Sequence record: SRR22947727_1448
Direction: 5' to 3' (one strand)
DNA: 43,716 nucleotides
Made by a program: the position numbers and the translations under genes. Shown one piece after another: positions 29,277 through 43,092 of this stretch. The stretch's first letter is position 1; each line of letters opens with the position of its first letter. The notes under the pieces are model-generated. The model worked only from the letters and a program-made list of their open reading frames with translations. It did not search any database and was not told the origin of the DNA.

Positions 29277-30565
29277 ACGATGACGCTTTGCGGGTTTTGG
29301 CGTCCAACTTCGAACACCCGTTTGTAGCGCGCAATTTCATCTGCTGGACCCATCGCCTTGTTGGGATTGTCGGACAATTTGACCGTGGGTTTGCCATTGG
29401 CTGACACGGCTTTGCAGACCAAAGAGAAGGGCTTCAACCCATCATTTGGCACCAAACCACAGAAGTCATTGGTCAGCAGCGTGCCCCAACCAAAAGAGAC
29501 TCTGACCCGTCCAGCGAACAATCGATGCAGCTCGGCGATCTTCTCCACGTCCAAACCATCAGAAAAAATCAGCAGTTTTTGACTGGGATCTTCATTGCGG
29601 CTTTTCCACCATTTAATCGCATGTTCTGCCCCTTGAATTGGATCACCAGAATCGATGCGCATGCCCGTCCATGTGGCAAGCCAATCAGGCGCATTGTCTA
29701 AAAACCCTTCTGTGCCATAGGTATCTGGCAAGATGATCCGCAGGTTTCCATCGTGCTCCTCATGCCAATCAGATAGAACGTCATAGGGGGCCTGGCGCAA
29801 GGCTTGATCATCGGAGGCCAGCGCAGAATAGATCATAGGCAACTCATGCGCATTGGTCCCAATCGCCGCCAAGTCCCGATTTTTCGCTATCAAACAATTG
29901 GATGTACCAATAAATTTGTCTCCCAATCCTTCGGTCATGGCCTGCACAGCCCAATCTTGCCACAAAAAGGAATGGCGCCTGCGCGTGCCAAAATCCGCAA
30001 GGCGCAAGTCCTCAATGTCGCGCAGTGTCTCAATTTTTTCCCAGAGCTTGGCCATGGCCCGCGCATAGAGAATTTGAAGCTCAAAGCGGCGCATGTCTCG
30101 TAGCACCGCGCGGCCGCGCAGCTCCATAAGAACCGCCAAAGCCGGAATTTCCCACAGCATCACCTCGGGCCAACTGCCTTGAAACGTCAGCTCATATTGC
30201 CCATCACGTTTCTCAAGGTGATAGTCAGGTAATCTAAGCGCCTCGAACCAATCCATAAACTCGGGCGTAAACATCTGGCGTTTGCCATAGAATGTATTTC
30301 CGCGCATCCATGTGCTTTCGCCACGCGACAGGGACAAAGAGCGCACATGATCCAACTGTTCGCGCAGCTCTCCCTCATCAATCAATTCTGCCAAGCGAAT
30401 ATCGCTTGACCGATTGATCAAACTAAAGGTCACCTCCGTTTTTGGGTGATTGCGGAGCACCGATTGGCACATCAACAATTTATAGAAATCATTGTCGATT
30501 AACGACCGCACGATAGGGTCGATTTTCCATTTGTGATTCCACACTCGGGTGGCAATATCTACCAT
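29273..30565 (-). CDS. pncB: Nicotinate phosphoribosyltransferase
   Basis: DNDFYKLLM, DFGTRRR, GTSN, GTNAHE, RIDSGDP, KLSDNP. Confidence 0.96.
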   Translation of the reverse strand: MVDIATRVWNHKWKIDPIVRSLIDNDFYKLLMCQSVLRNHPKTEVTFSLINRSSDIRLAELIDEGELREQLDHVRSLSLSRGESTWMRGNTFYGKRQMFTPEFMDWFEALRLPDYHLEKRDGQYELTFQGSWPEVMLWEIPALAVLMELRGRAVLRDMRRFELQILYARAMAKLWEKIETLRDIEDLRLADFGTRRRHSFLWQDWAVQAMTEGLGDKFIGTSNCLIAKNRDLAAIGTNAHELPMIYSALASDDQALRQAPYDVLSDWHEEHDGNLRIILPDTYGTEGFLDNAPDWLATWTGMRIDSGDPIQGAEHAIKWWKSRNEDPSQKLLIFSDGLDVEKIAELHRLFAGRVRVSFGWGTLLTNDFCGLVPNDGLKPFSLVCKAVSANGKPTVKLSDNPNKAMGPADEIARYKRVFEVGRQNPQSVIV

Positions 30566-31155
30566 TACAAAAGGCTCACTTTCGCTGCCACCATGTTGCG
30601 CCGTGCTTGGTCCAGCGATCCGCCCATATCAATGGCGCGGCATAGGGCGGTGTCGACGCTGACCACAAAGCCCAGCCGCGCCGCATCCAGCGCTGAATAA
30701 GCAACGCAATAATCCGTCGCCAATCCAACGAAGGTCACATCCCGAACCCCGCAGGTCTTCAAATATCCTTCAAGCCCGGTCGCTGTGCTATGGTCGTTTT
30801 CAAAGAAAGCAGAATAGCTGTCGATGCCTGGACGATAGCCCTTGCGCAGAATCAAATCTGCCCGATCCGTGGCCAAATCTTTGTGAAAGGCTGCACCAAA
30901 ACTGCCCTGCACGCAGTGATCTGGCCAAAGCACTTGGGGACCATAAGGCATTTCAATGCTGGAAAACGCATCGGCCTTATGGGAGCTGGCAAAGGAGGAA
31001 TGGCCCCCAGGGTGCCAATCTTGAGTGAGGATCACCGCGTCAAAATCAGCCATGCGGTTGTTAATCTGTTCTACAATCTCATCACCGCCGGCAACCGCCA
31101 AAGCGCCGCCCGGACAAAAGTCGTTTTGAACATCAACCACAATCAGAGCACGCAT
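30565..31155 (-). CDS. pncA: Nicotinamidase/pyrazinamidase
   Basis: VDVQNDFCPGGAL, QDWHP, WPDHCVQ, GLATDYCV. Confidence 0.96.
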   Translation of the reverse strand: MRALIVVDVQNDFCPGGALAVAGGDEIVEQINNRMADFDAVILTQDWHPGGHSSFASSHKADAFSSIEMPYGPQVLWPDHCVQGSFGAAFHKDLATDRADLILRKGYRPGIDSYSAFFENDHSTATGLEGYLKTCGVRDVTFVGLATDYCVAYSALDAARLGFVVSVDTALCRAIDMGGSLDQARRNMVAAKVSLL

Positions 31156-31285
31156 TTGGACCCCCTATCCAAGCTTCGCGCACAGAGGTAATGATCCGCG
31201 CCCATAAGGTCAATGTTATCAAAGCACCCATAAAGCGCTAGCGGAGCTTTAGCTATGTATCTTGCAGCAAAGATAACTTCAGATT

Positions 31286-32176
31286 ATGACGCAGATCATG
31301 TTTACAGTCTCTGCTCTTTATCACTTCACCCGCTTTGACGATCCGGGCGCTCTGCGCGCGCCGATGGTGTCACTTTGTGAGCATGAGGGCATCAAAGGCA
31401 CAATTTTGCTCGCCAAAGAAGGAATCAACGGCACAGTCGCTGGACCCAAACAGGGAATTGCCCGGCTTTGGGCGCATATCGCCGCGCTGCCTGGCTGTTC
31501 GGACTTTGAACATAAAGAAAGCACGGCCAGCATCATGCCCTTCAAACGCATGAAAGTTCGCTTGAAAAAAGAGATTGTCACAATGGGCCAACCCAATGTC
31601 GATCCGCGCGCGGGCACAGGCCACTATGTCGATCCCCATGAATGGAACGCGCTGATTGCAGCTCCGGATGTCGCGGTGATTGATACGCGCAACGATTACG
31701 AGGTGGGCATCGGCACGTTTGAAGGGGCGATTGATCCCAAGACCAAAACCTTCCGCGAATTTCCCCAGTGGTGGGCTGAAAACAAACATCGTTTTCACAA
31801 CAAAAAGATTGCCATGTTTTGCACCGGCGGCATTCGATGTGAAAAATCTACTAATTTTCTGCTCGGTGAAGGGGTTGAGGAAGTCTATCACCTTAAGGGT
31901 GGAATCTTAAAATACCTTGAAGAGATGCCGCAAGAAGAGAGCACCTGGCGCGGTGAATGTTTCGTCTTCGACAATCGCGTGTCCGTCGGTCACGGCTTGG
32001 CCGAGGGCAGTTTTGATCAATGCTATGCCTGTCGCAGACCGATCACAGAGTCGGATAAAAATCGTGTCGACTATATCAAAGGCGTGCAGTGCCACCAATG
32101 TGTAGACGAATATTCTGATGAGGACCGTGCACGTTTTGGTGAGCGCCAAAGGCAAATCGACGCCGCCGCAAAATAG
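31286..32176 (+). CDS. trhO: tRNA uridine(34) hydroxylase (UPF0176 rhodanese-domain protein)
   Basis: EGINGT, DTRNDYE..GTF, MFCTGGIRCEK, LKGGILKY, CFVFDNR. Confidence 0.9.
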   Translation: MTQIMFTVSALYHFTRFDDPGALRAPMVSLCEHEGIKGTILLAKEGINGTVAGPKQGIARLWAHIAALPGCSDFEHKESTASIMPFKRMKVRLKKEIVTMGQPNVDPRAGTGHYVDPHEWNALIAAPDVAVIDTRNDYEVGIGTFEGAIDPKTKTFREFPQWWAENKHRFHNKKIAMFCTGGIRCEKSTNFLLGEGVEEVYHLKGGILKYLEEMPQEESTWRGECFVFDNRVSVGHGLAEGSFDQCYACRRPITESDKNRVDYIKGVQCHQCVDEYSDEDRARFGERQRQIDAAAK

Positions 32177-32183
32177 GGCCGCC

Positions 32184-33566
32184 TCACTGAGATTTGATCC
32201 AAGCTCCAAGCCGCGCAAGATGCGGTGCATGGGCTTTGCCATTGGCTTCTGCCCGATCTGCGGCTTTTAACATCGCGTATAGACCGCGCACCGCCATCCA
32301 CCGCAAAGGCTCACGCTCCCAAGCACGAACCGCGCGGTTGACCCAAGGCAATTCGGTCAAAGCCGTAGGCTCTGATAGCACCAAGTCACGCAGCGTGCGC
32401 CCAGCGAGATTCGCCGAGGTCAAACCGACCCCCACATATCCGCCCGCCCAACCAATCTTGGTCTCAGGATCCAAGCCAACAGTGGCGCACCAATCGCGTG
32501 GAACCCCCAAGACCCCCTGCCAAGCATGGGCCAAGGGGACATGGGTCGCCGTAGGAAACAGACGCGCAAGAATCCCCCGCAATTGGGAAATTGTGCCCGC
32601 GGTGGGTCGGCCATCGGGTTGAATTTTGGAATTCAAAAGATAGGGCAGCCCACGGCCTCCAACCGCAATGCGCCCATCTGCTGTGCGCTGGCAGTAGCAA
32701 TAGGCATGCGCCATATCTCCAATCAGCTCCGCACCCGACCAACCGATGTCCCGCCACAGCTCTAAGGGCAAAGGTTCCGTCACAATTTGAGCGGAGTTGA
32801 GAGGCAGCCAATCCCGCTCATATCCGGGCAATTGGGCGCTATAGCCTTCGGTTGCTTTCAAGACCACCGCGCAGGCCACTCGGCCCTTATGGGTTATGAC
32901 CTGACCTTTGGAAATTTCATGGGCCCGGGTCGCTTCGTAAATCGTAACTCCTAATCGCGCCACTGCATCAGCCAATCCGCGTACCAATTTGGCCGGCTGC
33001 ACCCGTGCCACACCAGAGGTCACAAGCGCGCCCTTGGCGCTTGGAATGGCAATCCGCGCACGCAATTGCGCTTCACTTTCAAGCCGGCTGCGGTGATCAC
33101 CCCAGTGGTGCAACCGCTTCAGCTCAGGGGCAAGGCGCTGAAATTGATACGCATTCGTGGCAATGGCCAATTCCTGTGTGCGGTGGATATCAGCATTGAT
33201 GCCTTCCATCTCAGCCGCGGCAATGACCTCATCAACAGTTCCATGAAACGCCTCTACCATGGCCTTGACCTGCTCGGCCGTACCGCTGCTCAGATATTTT
33301 TCATGCTCCCAAGCAAAATTACCCGACAGCCAGCCGCCATTACGACCAGATGCGCCAAAACCGGCGAAATGCTCTTCAACAATAACAATGTTCAAAGATG
33401 GGTCGGCTTTTTTAAGATAATAGGCGGCCCAAAGCCCGGTATAGCCCGCCCCAATGATGCAAATATCAGCGCTTACAGAGCGGTCCAACGCCGGGCGCGG
33501 CTTTGGCAACCCGCCCAGCTCTTGATACCAAAAGGAAACGCCACCGCGTTGCATTGCCCCATGCAC
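32184..33566 (-). CDS. FAD-dependent oxidoreductase (DAO/PuuB-like)
   Basis: IIGAGYTGL Rossmann motif, GASGRNGG, GGYVGVG; start may be 33554. Confidence 0.88.
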   Translation of the reverse strand: MHGAMQRGGVSFWYQELGGLPKPRPALDRSVSADICIIGAGYTGLWAAYYLKKADPSLNIVIVEEHFAGFGASGRNGGWLSGNFAWEHEKYLSSGTAEQVKAMVEAFHGTVDEVIAAAEMEGINADIHRTQELAIATNAYQFQRLAPELKRLHHWGDHRSRLESEAQLRARIAIPSAKGALVTSGVARVQPAKLVRGLADAVARLGVTIYEATRAHEISKGQVITHKGRVACAVVLKATEGYSAQLPGYERDWLPLNSAQIVTEPLPLELWRDIGWSGAELIGDMAHAYCYCQRTADGRIAVGGRGLPYLLNSKIQPDGRPTAGTISQLRGILARLFPTATHVPLAHAWQGVLGVPRDWCATVGLDPETKIGWAGGYVGVGLTSANLAGRTLRDLVLSEPTALTELPWVNRAVRAWEREPLRWMAVRGLYAMLKAADRAEANGKAHAPHLARLGAWIKSQ

Positions 33567-33583
33567 CCCCTGTTTGGTCAGTT

Positions 33584-36767
<3,184 letters not shown>

Positions 36768-36771
<4 letters not shown>

Positions 36772-37874
36772 TGTAGATCCACTTTTGATTTCCCCTCAAC
36801 CTCTGTCACCAAAAGATGCTGCGCCCTATCGCCAAGTTCTTCAAACAATTCAGGCCCTGTGCCACTCATCCAGGCCTGAGCACCCAGCGCGCAAATTTCG
36901 TCATAGAGCGCCGCTCTGCGGGCAGCATCCAAATGCGCTGCCACCTCATCCAAAAGTAAAATCGGCGGCAGGCCGGTTTGTTCTTTCAGGGCACGACCGT
37001 TGGCAAGGATGAGCGAAATCAAAAGCGCCTTTTGCTCGCCGGTGGAGCTGTCTTTGGCTGGAACATCTTTTGCCGCAAAAACACCGAAAACATCATCGCG
37101 ATGCGGACCGGCAAGGGTACGACCTGCGGCCAAATCGCGACTGCGATAATCGGCTAGAAGTTCCGCGAGATCATCGCTATTGGCTGAAAATTCTATGTTT
37201 TCCGGATTGGTCAGGGTCAAATGCGCAGTTGGAAAGGCTGTTTCTGCCTGATCTTGCGCCGCGTGGATATACTCCAAAGCCTCCTCCCGAGCTTTTCGGA
37301 TCTTCACGCCTGTAGCGGCCATTTGCCCCTCAATAGCCCGATACCAATGGGCATCGGTCACCTGGTTTTTCAACAGACGATTGCGCTCGCGCATGGCTTT
37401 TTCATAGATGAGCACCTGCTCACCGTGGTTTGGATCAAATGAGAGCGTCATGCGATCCAGAAACCGCCGGCGCCCCTCCGCGCCTTCAATCCAGAGACGG
37501 TCCATCGCAGGGATCAACCACAGGACACGGGCAATGCGCCCCAACATGACTTGAGTGGCCGCTTTGCCATCAATCCGCAACTGACGCGCCGCACCATTTT
37601 GCGACCAGGTTTCTATCTCATGCAGCCGATCTTGCGTACGCAAAACAGCCGAGACCTTCCAGCCCAGCGCCTCGGGACGGCGGGTCATTTCTTCCGCACT
37701 CGACCGCCGCACGCCGCGACCAGGCGAAAGCAAGGATATTGCCTCTAAAATATTGGTCTTGCCAGCCCCATTGGCACCATAAATCGCCACAGGTCGCGGG
37801 TCACACGCGATCTGCACCATATGATGCGACCGAAAGTGCGAAAGGTTTAAGGATTCAACAGCAAGATTGGGCAT
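36768..37874 (-). CDS. recF: DNA replication/repair protein RecF
   Basis: GANGAGKTNILEA, RRRFLDR, STGEQKALL, LLLDEVAAHLD. Confidence 0.97.
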
Positions 37875-37899
37875 CTGCGCCCTTCACATTCACGCCAGC

Positions 37900-39018
37900 T
37901 TAAACGCGCATGGGCATGACGACATAAATGGCCGATGTATCATTGCCCTCACGCATCAAGGTTGGGTCCCCTGACGTGTTGAATAAGAACACCGCATTTT
38001 CCCGATCAACCTGACTGGCAATTTCGAGCAGATATTTCGCGTTAAAGCCAATTTCCAATTTTTCATCACCATAGGCAACGGCCAATTCTTCTTCGGCAGC
38101 GCCACTGTCTGGTGCATTCACCGACAGGATCAAGCGATCTTCATCCAATGCCAGCTTCACAGCTCGCGACCGCTCTGAGGACACCGTGGCCACGCGGTCA
38201 ACTGCCTTGGCAAATTCGGCCGCATCCACTTCCAACTTGCGCGTATTGCCCGAAGGAATGACGCGCGTGTAATCTGGGAAGGTGCCATCAATCACTTTTG
38301 AGGTCAGCGTAACATTTGGCGTGGCAAAGCGCACTTTGGTTTCTGAGACTGAAACGGCAATTTGCGCGTCATCGTCATCAAGCAATTTGCGCATTTCACC
38401 AACAGTTTTACGCGGCACAATCACGCCGGGCATATCTCCGGCATCTGTTGGCAGATCCGCATCAATCCGCGCCAATCGGTGACCGTCGGTGGCGACACAG
38501 CGCAATTTTTGACCCCCATCACCCTCAGCCACATGCATATAGACACCGTTCAAATAATAACGGGTCTCTTCGGTGGAAATGGCAAACTTCGATTTATCAA
38601 AGAGCCGGCGCAAGGTCATCGCAGAAGCGGTGAAATTAGAGGTATATTCCGAGGTCGCCATAACCGGGAAATCTTCCTTCGGCAGCGTCGTCAAAGAGAA
38701 ATTTGACCGGCCGGCCTCAACGGTCAAACGGCCAGAGGCGCCGTCATCTGTCAAGGTCACCAAAGCCCCATCTGGCAATTTACGCACAATCTCATGCAAG
38801 GTCACCGCAGATACCGTGCTGGCTCCTGCGCGCTCCACCATTGCTGTCACACGATCTACAACCTCGATGTCCAAATCTGTCGCACGAAAAGACGCATGAT
38901 CGCCGCTCGCCTCAATCAATACATTTGCCAAAATTGGAATTGTATTCCGACGCTCCACAACAGACTGCGCTTGGGACACAGCCTTCAACAAAGTTGCGCG
39001 TTCAATAGACAGTTTCAT
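37900..39018 (-). CDS. dnaN: DNA polymerase III beta sliding clamp
   Basis: RNTIPILANV, ATDLD, ATDGHRL, GTFPDY, VVMPMRV. Confidence 0.98.
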   Translation of the reverse strand: MKLSIERATLLKAVSQAQSVVERRNTIPILANVLIEASGDHASFRATDLDIEVVDRVTAMVERAGASTVSAVTLHEIVRKLPDGALVTLTDDGASGRLTVEAGRSNFSLTTLPKEDFPVMATSEYTSNFTASAMTLRRLFDKSKFAISTEETRYYLNGVYMHVAEGDGGQKLRCVATDGHRLARIDADLPTDAGDMPGVIVPRKTVGEMRKLLDDDDAQIAVSVSETKVRFATPNVTLTSKVIDGTFPDYTRVIPSGNTRKLEVDAAEFAKAVDRVATVSSERSRAVKLALDEDRLILSVNAPDSGAAEEELAVAYGDEKLEIGFNAKYLLEIASQVDRENAVFLFNTSGDPTLMREGNDTSAIYVVMPMRV

Positions 39019-39059
39019 TGCCGTTCTCCGTCACGTATTTGAAGACAAACCGTAAAGAG

Positions 39060-39068
39060 TTTTCCACA
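39060..39068 (+). promoter_or_regulatory. DnaA box in the dnaA-dnaN spacer
   Basis: TTTTCCACA fits TTWTNCACA; single site. Confidence 0.45.
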
Positions 39069-39120
39069 GGACACAAGAGTGTGTTAACGGGTTTTAACCC
39101 TTAATGGCTTTGAAAGGCCA

Positions 39121-40467
39121 CTAAGCCTCCAATGAACGCCGCAAGAGATCCAGGTCGTCGGACATTTGACTGTCTTTATTCCGTAAATCCTCAATTTTCC
39201 GCACGCCATGCATCACCGTCGTATGGTCTCGACCGCCGAACCTACGGCCAATTTCCGGCAATGAGCGGCTGGTCAATTGCTTGCACAGATACATCGCAAT
39301 CTGGCGCGGCCGTGCAAAACTGCGCAGGCGCTTTGGTCCCAGCATATCTGACAGGCGAATATTATAGTGATCGCTCACTTTACGCTGAATTTCCTCAACC
39401 GTAACCTTACGATCCGAGGCACGCAAAATATCAGAGAGACAGTCTTGGGTCAGCTCAACGGTAATTTCACGCCCCACTAGTGAGGCAAAGGCAAAGAGCC
39501 GGGTCAAAGCGCCCTCGAGCACACGCACATTGGTTGAAATGCGATGTGCTAAAAATTCAACAACTTCCTGACGCACGTCAATGCCCGGGTAGCTGGACTG
39601 ATACAGCTCAATTTTAGACTGCAAAATACCAAGACGCAGCTCATAGGTGGTGGGATGCAAATCCACCACCAAACCGCATTGCAAGCGGCTCGCGATGCGA
39701 TCTTCTAATTGCTTTATTTCCCCCGGGGCACGATCAGCCGAGATGATAATTTGCTTGTTTTGATCAACCAAGGCATTGAATGTATGGAAAAATTCTTCTT
39801 GGGTGCTGTCTTTTCCACCGATGAATTGCACATCATCCACCATTAGGACATCGACCGAGCGGAACAGCTCTTTAAAATCCATCATCTTGCGCTCACGCAA
39901 GGCCTGAACGAACCGATACATGAATTGTTCAGCAGAGAGATACATCACATTGATATCGGGACGATTTGATTGCAGCTCCCAAGCGATGGAATGCATCAAA
40001 TGGGTTTTTCCCAAGCCAACGCCACCGTATAAAAAGAGGGGATTAAAAGTGACTGGCCCCGCTTCCGCAACACGTTTCGCCGCCGCATGAGCCAACTCAT
40101 TGGGTTTGCCCACAACGAAATTGTCGAACACGAAGCGCTTGTCGAGCTTTGCCCCTTGGATTTCGCGCGGCTTTACGGGCGCAACCACAGCGGGAGAAGA
40201 CGGGCGCGCGACAGGTTCTTGATCCAAGCGCCCTACGGAAAACGTTACACGGGTCACTTCAAACCCAGATTCGCGCATTTGATAGAGAATTTGATCTTCG
40301 AAATGCTGGCGTACGTAATTTCCAAAAAAACTGGTCGGCACGAAAAACTCTGCCGTACCGGCCGATTCTCCCACAAGTTGCAGGGGTTCGATCCATGACT
40401 TGTAGTTGTTATTCCCGAGAGACTTGCGCAAACGATCCGCGGCGATATCCCAAAACTCTAGTGCCAT
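39121..40467 (-). CDS. dnaA: Chromosomal replication initiator DnaA
   Basis: FNPLFLYGGVGLGKTHL, DDVQF, QEEFFHTFN, GGRDHTTV; ATG 40467 (GTG 40476 is an alternative). Confidence 0.98.
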   Translation of the reverse strand: MALEFWDIAADRLRKSLGNNNYKSWIEPLQLVGESAGTAEFFVPTSFFGNYVRQHFEDQILYQMRESGFEVTRVTFSVGRLDQEPVARPSSPAVVAPVKPREIQGAKLDKRFVFDNFVVGKPNELAHAAAKRVAEAGPVTFNPLFLYGGVGLGKTHLMHSIAWELQSNRPDINVMYLSAEQFMYRFVQALRERKMMDFKELFRSVDVLMVDDVQFIGGKDSTQEEFFHTFNALVDQNKQIIISADRAPGEIKQLEDRIASRLQCGLVVDLHPTTYELRLGILQSKIELYQSSYPGIDVRQEVVEFLAHRISTNVRVLEGALTRLFAFASLVGREITVELTQDCLSDILRASDRKVTVEEIQRKVSDHYNIRLSDMLGPKRLRSFARPRQIAMYLCKQLTSRSLPEIGRRFGGRDHTTVMHGVRKIEDLRNKDSQMSDDLDLLRRSLEA

Positions 40468-40853
40468 ACGTTTCACTTAATCCCAATACAAACGACCATT
40501 CATCCGGCCCGACTTCAACGCGGCCCCATGACAACGTCGCTCAAATTTTAATGCCACTGCCCACCGAGCAGGCAGACTAAATTCCCGGAAAATAGCACCC
40601 ATGATCCATAAAATGGATTTATCATGTTTTGTGAACCCAAGATCATGTCGCCGTGCAGCAGTGGCAATCTCTTGGAGCAATTATCCCCCGGAGCACTCAA
40701 AGTGACTCGCTGACACTTATTTATCCCTCGGCCAAGTGACTCTGCAACAGATCTTAATTCTTGACTCGGTGTTTTTTGAAAAAGAATCTCTTGCCACCTG
40801 TGGTTGAGACAATCGTGTTTAAAAAAAATAATTCTTTTACTGTTATTTAAACG

Positions 40854-40882
40854 AAAAAGGGCGCGGGAAATATCCCACGCCC
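40854..40882 (-). terminator. rpsT intrinsic terminator
   Basis: Minus strand GGGCGTGGGA-TATT-TCCCGCGCCC-TTTTT. Confidence 0.85.
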
Positions 40883-40907
40883 AATATTCATAAATTTGTA
40901 ACAATTA

Positions 40908-41171
40908 TTAAGACAGAGCTTTAACCCGTGAGGCCAAACGCGAAACTTTGCGTGACGCCGTGTTTTTGTGGAAGATGCCTTTTGTAACTCCGCGCATCAG
41001 CTCTGGCTGTGCGGCGCGAAGAGCTGCGGTTGCTGCGGCTTTATCGCCGGAAGCGATGGCCTCTTCAACAGCGCGAAGAAATGTGCGGATACGGGATTTG
41101 CGGGCTTTGTTGACCGCTGTGCGGCGCTCAATTTGACGTGCGCGCTTCTTTGCTTGTGGTGAATTTGCCAT
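40908..41171 (-). CDS. rpsT: 30S ribosomal protein S20
   Basis: [29 protein letters not shown]. Confidence 0.98.
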   Translation of the reverse strand: MANSPQAKKRARQIERRTAVNKARKSRIRTFLRAVEEAIASGDKAAATAALRAAQPELMRGVTKGIFHKNTASRKVSRLASRVKALS

Positions 41172-41319
41172 GTTATCAGGTCCTAACTTAATCTTGTGCC
41201 ACACGTATCACCGCTAGGCCCATACCGTTGGACCGGATTATCTAAAGCCAAGCGGGCCACACGCGCATTTTCTGAAGCTGCCTATAGCTGCTTTCTATGG
41301 AGATGCAAAGCAATTTTGC

Positions 41320-42096
41320 TTATTTATCGCGAAATTGTGGCTCTCTTTTCTCGACAAAGGCCGCCATACCCTCTTTTTGGTCTTCTGTTGCAAACATCGA
41401 ATGAAACACACGCCGTTCAAACAAAAGGCCTTCCGCCAAAGTGGTCTCATAGGATCTGTTCACAGCATCCTTCGCGGCTTTGATGGAGATTTGCGATTTC
41501 TCAGCAATTTTTCCAGCAACCTCTAGGGCAACTTCCATCAATTTTTTAACCGGCACCACACGGCTGACCAGACCAGAGCGCTCCGCTTCCTCCGCATCCA
41601 TAAAGCGCCCGGTCAAATGCATATCCATGGCTTTGGATTTTCCGACGAATCGGGTCAAACGCTGCGTGCCGCCAATGCCAGCGATGACGCCAAGATTGAT
41701 CTCTGGCTGTCCAAACTTCGCGTTATCAGCGCAAATGATAAAATCACAGAGCATCGCCAACTCGCAACCACCGCCCAATGCATAGCCTGCAACCGCTGCT
41801 ATTGTTGGCTTCCTAGCCTCTTGCAAAGGGCTCATACTCGCGCCGAATAAATCGTCAGACACTACGTCCACAAAGCTCTTGTCCGCCATCTCAGTGATAT
41901 CGGCACCGGCGGCAAAGGCTTTCTCCGATCCGGTAATCACCATGCAACGGACTTTATCGTTCGCTTCCGCCTGGCGCACCGCATCGCCGAGCTCCGCCAC
42001 CAACTGGCTATTTAGCGCATTCAGCGCCGATGGGCGGTTCAATTTGATGACGCAGATATGATCTGCAATCTCTACGATGATGGTCTCATAAGCCAT
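41320..42096 (-). CDS. Enoyl-CoA hydratase
   Basis: [37 protein letters not shown]. Confidence 0.95.
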   Translation of the reverse strand: MAYETIIVEIADHICVIKLNRPSALNALNSQLVAELGDAVRQAEANDKVRCMVITGSEKAFAAGADITEMADKSFVDVVSDDLFGASMSPLQEARKPTIAAVAGYALGGGCELAMLCDFIICADNAKFGQPEINLGVIAGIGGTQRLTRFVGKSKAMDMHLTGRFMDAEEAERSGLVSRVVPVKKLMEVALEVAGKIAEKSQISIKAAKDAVNRSYETTLAEGLLFERRVFHSMFATEDQKEGMAAFVEKREPQFRDK

Positions 42097-42158
42097 GTTG
42101 GTCCCAGCATTGCCTCTGTCAGGCGTTTAGGCCTATCACGTTCGCCACCTATTTCAAG

Positions 42159-43010
42159 CTATCTCTGACAGGTTGGACAATAGAAGCTGGAGCGTCCCGA
42201 TTGGCTCACCCGCGCAATTGTGCCGCCACAACCCGCATGTTTGCAGGGCTCGGATTCTCGGTCATAAACCTGAAAACTATGTTGAAAATAGCCGAGCTCC
42301 CCGCCCGTTTGACGGTAATCTTTAAGACTAGATCCACCGGCTTCAATCGCCTCTTCCAGCACGGTCCGAATGATCGGCACCAAAGCGCCCACTTGGCGTT
42401 TTGACAGGTCCTTCGCCTTGCACATAGGTGAAATTTTCGCACGGAAGAGCACTTCACAGACATAAATATTGCCCAGGCCCGCAATGAGTCGTTGGTCCAA
42501 AAGCGCCGTCTTTATCGGCGTATTGCGCCCCGCCAAAGCTGCGAACAAATAGCTGTCGTCTAAGTAATTGCTCAATGGCTCCGGTCCAAGGCTGGAGAGC
42601 ATCTTATGCGTTTCGACGTCGGCGGTCGGCGCAAGATCCATCGCGCCAAACCGTCTGGCGTCGTTGAAGGTCACCCGTGTGTCATTTTCCATGTGAAACA
42701 CCACATGATCGTGTTTTTCTGGCGCGGGATGGTCTTGGTAAAACTCCCCAAGTTGCTGGCCCGAAATCAACATTCGGCCAGACATGCCGAGATGCACAAT
42801 CAAAGTTTCCTGAGTATCCAAGTCCAACAGAATATATTTTGAACGCCGCCAAAGCCGCAAAACCCGCGCCCCAGTTAAACGCTGCGCCATATCCGGCGGA
42901 AAGGGCCAGCGCAAATCGGGCCGGTTCACCTCTGCACGCATGATTTTCTGGTCCTGCATCGCCGGCTGCAAGCCGCGGCGGACTGTCTCAACCTCTGGTA
43001 ATTCGGGCAT
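42159..43010 (-). CDS. mutM: Formamidopyrimidine-DNA glycosylase
   Basis: [21 protein letters not shown]-terminal Zn finger CPTCQ. Confidence 0.98.
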   Translation of the reverse strand: MPELPEVETVRRGLQPAMQDQKIMRAEVNRPDLRWPFPPDMAQRLTGARVLRLWRRSKYILLDLDTQETLIVHLGMSGRMLISGQQLGEFYQDHPAPEKHDHVVFHMENDTRVTFNDARRFGAMDLAPTADVETHKMLSSLGPEPLSNYLDDSYLFAALAGRNTPIKTALLDQRLIAGLGNIYVCEVLFRAKISPMCKAKDLSKRQVGALVPIIRTVLEEAIEAGGSSLKDYRQTGGELGYFQHSFQVYDRESEPCKHAGCGGTIARVSQSGRSSFYCPTCQR

Positions 43011-43092
43011 CTCGTGCTTCCTTCTGGTACATCACATTGTATCAGCCGTCCTGCGTATTATAAGGGGGGTGAAGTCACAAAAGGCCTGTTCC

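Noticed and set aside
39084-39104. CtrA site in the dnaA-dnaN spacer
   Set aside because: The TTAA repeats are spaced by 6 and 3 nt, not 7.
39019-40907. oriC next to dnaA
   Set aside because: Only one consensus DnaA box and a few degenerate ones are present. Alphaproteobacterial origins are often unlinked to dnaA, and GC skew cannot be judged from this window.
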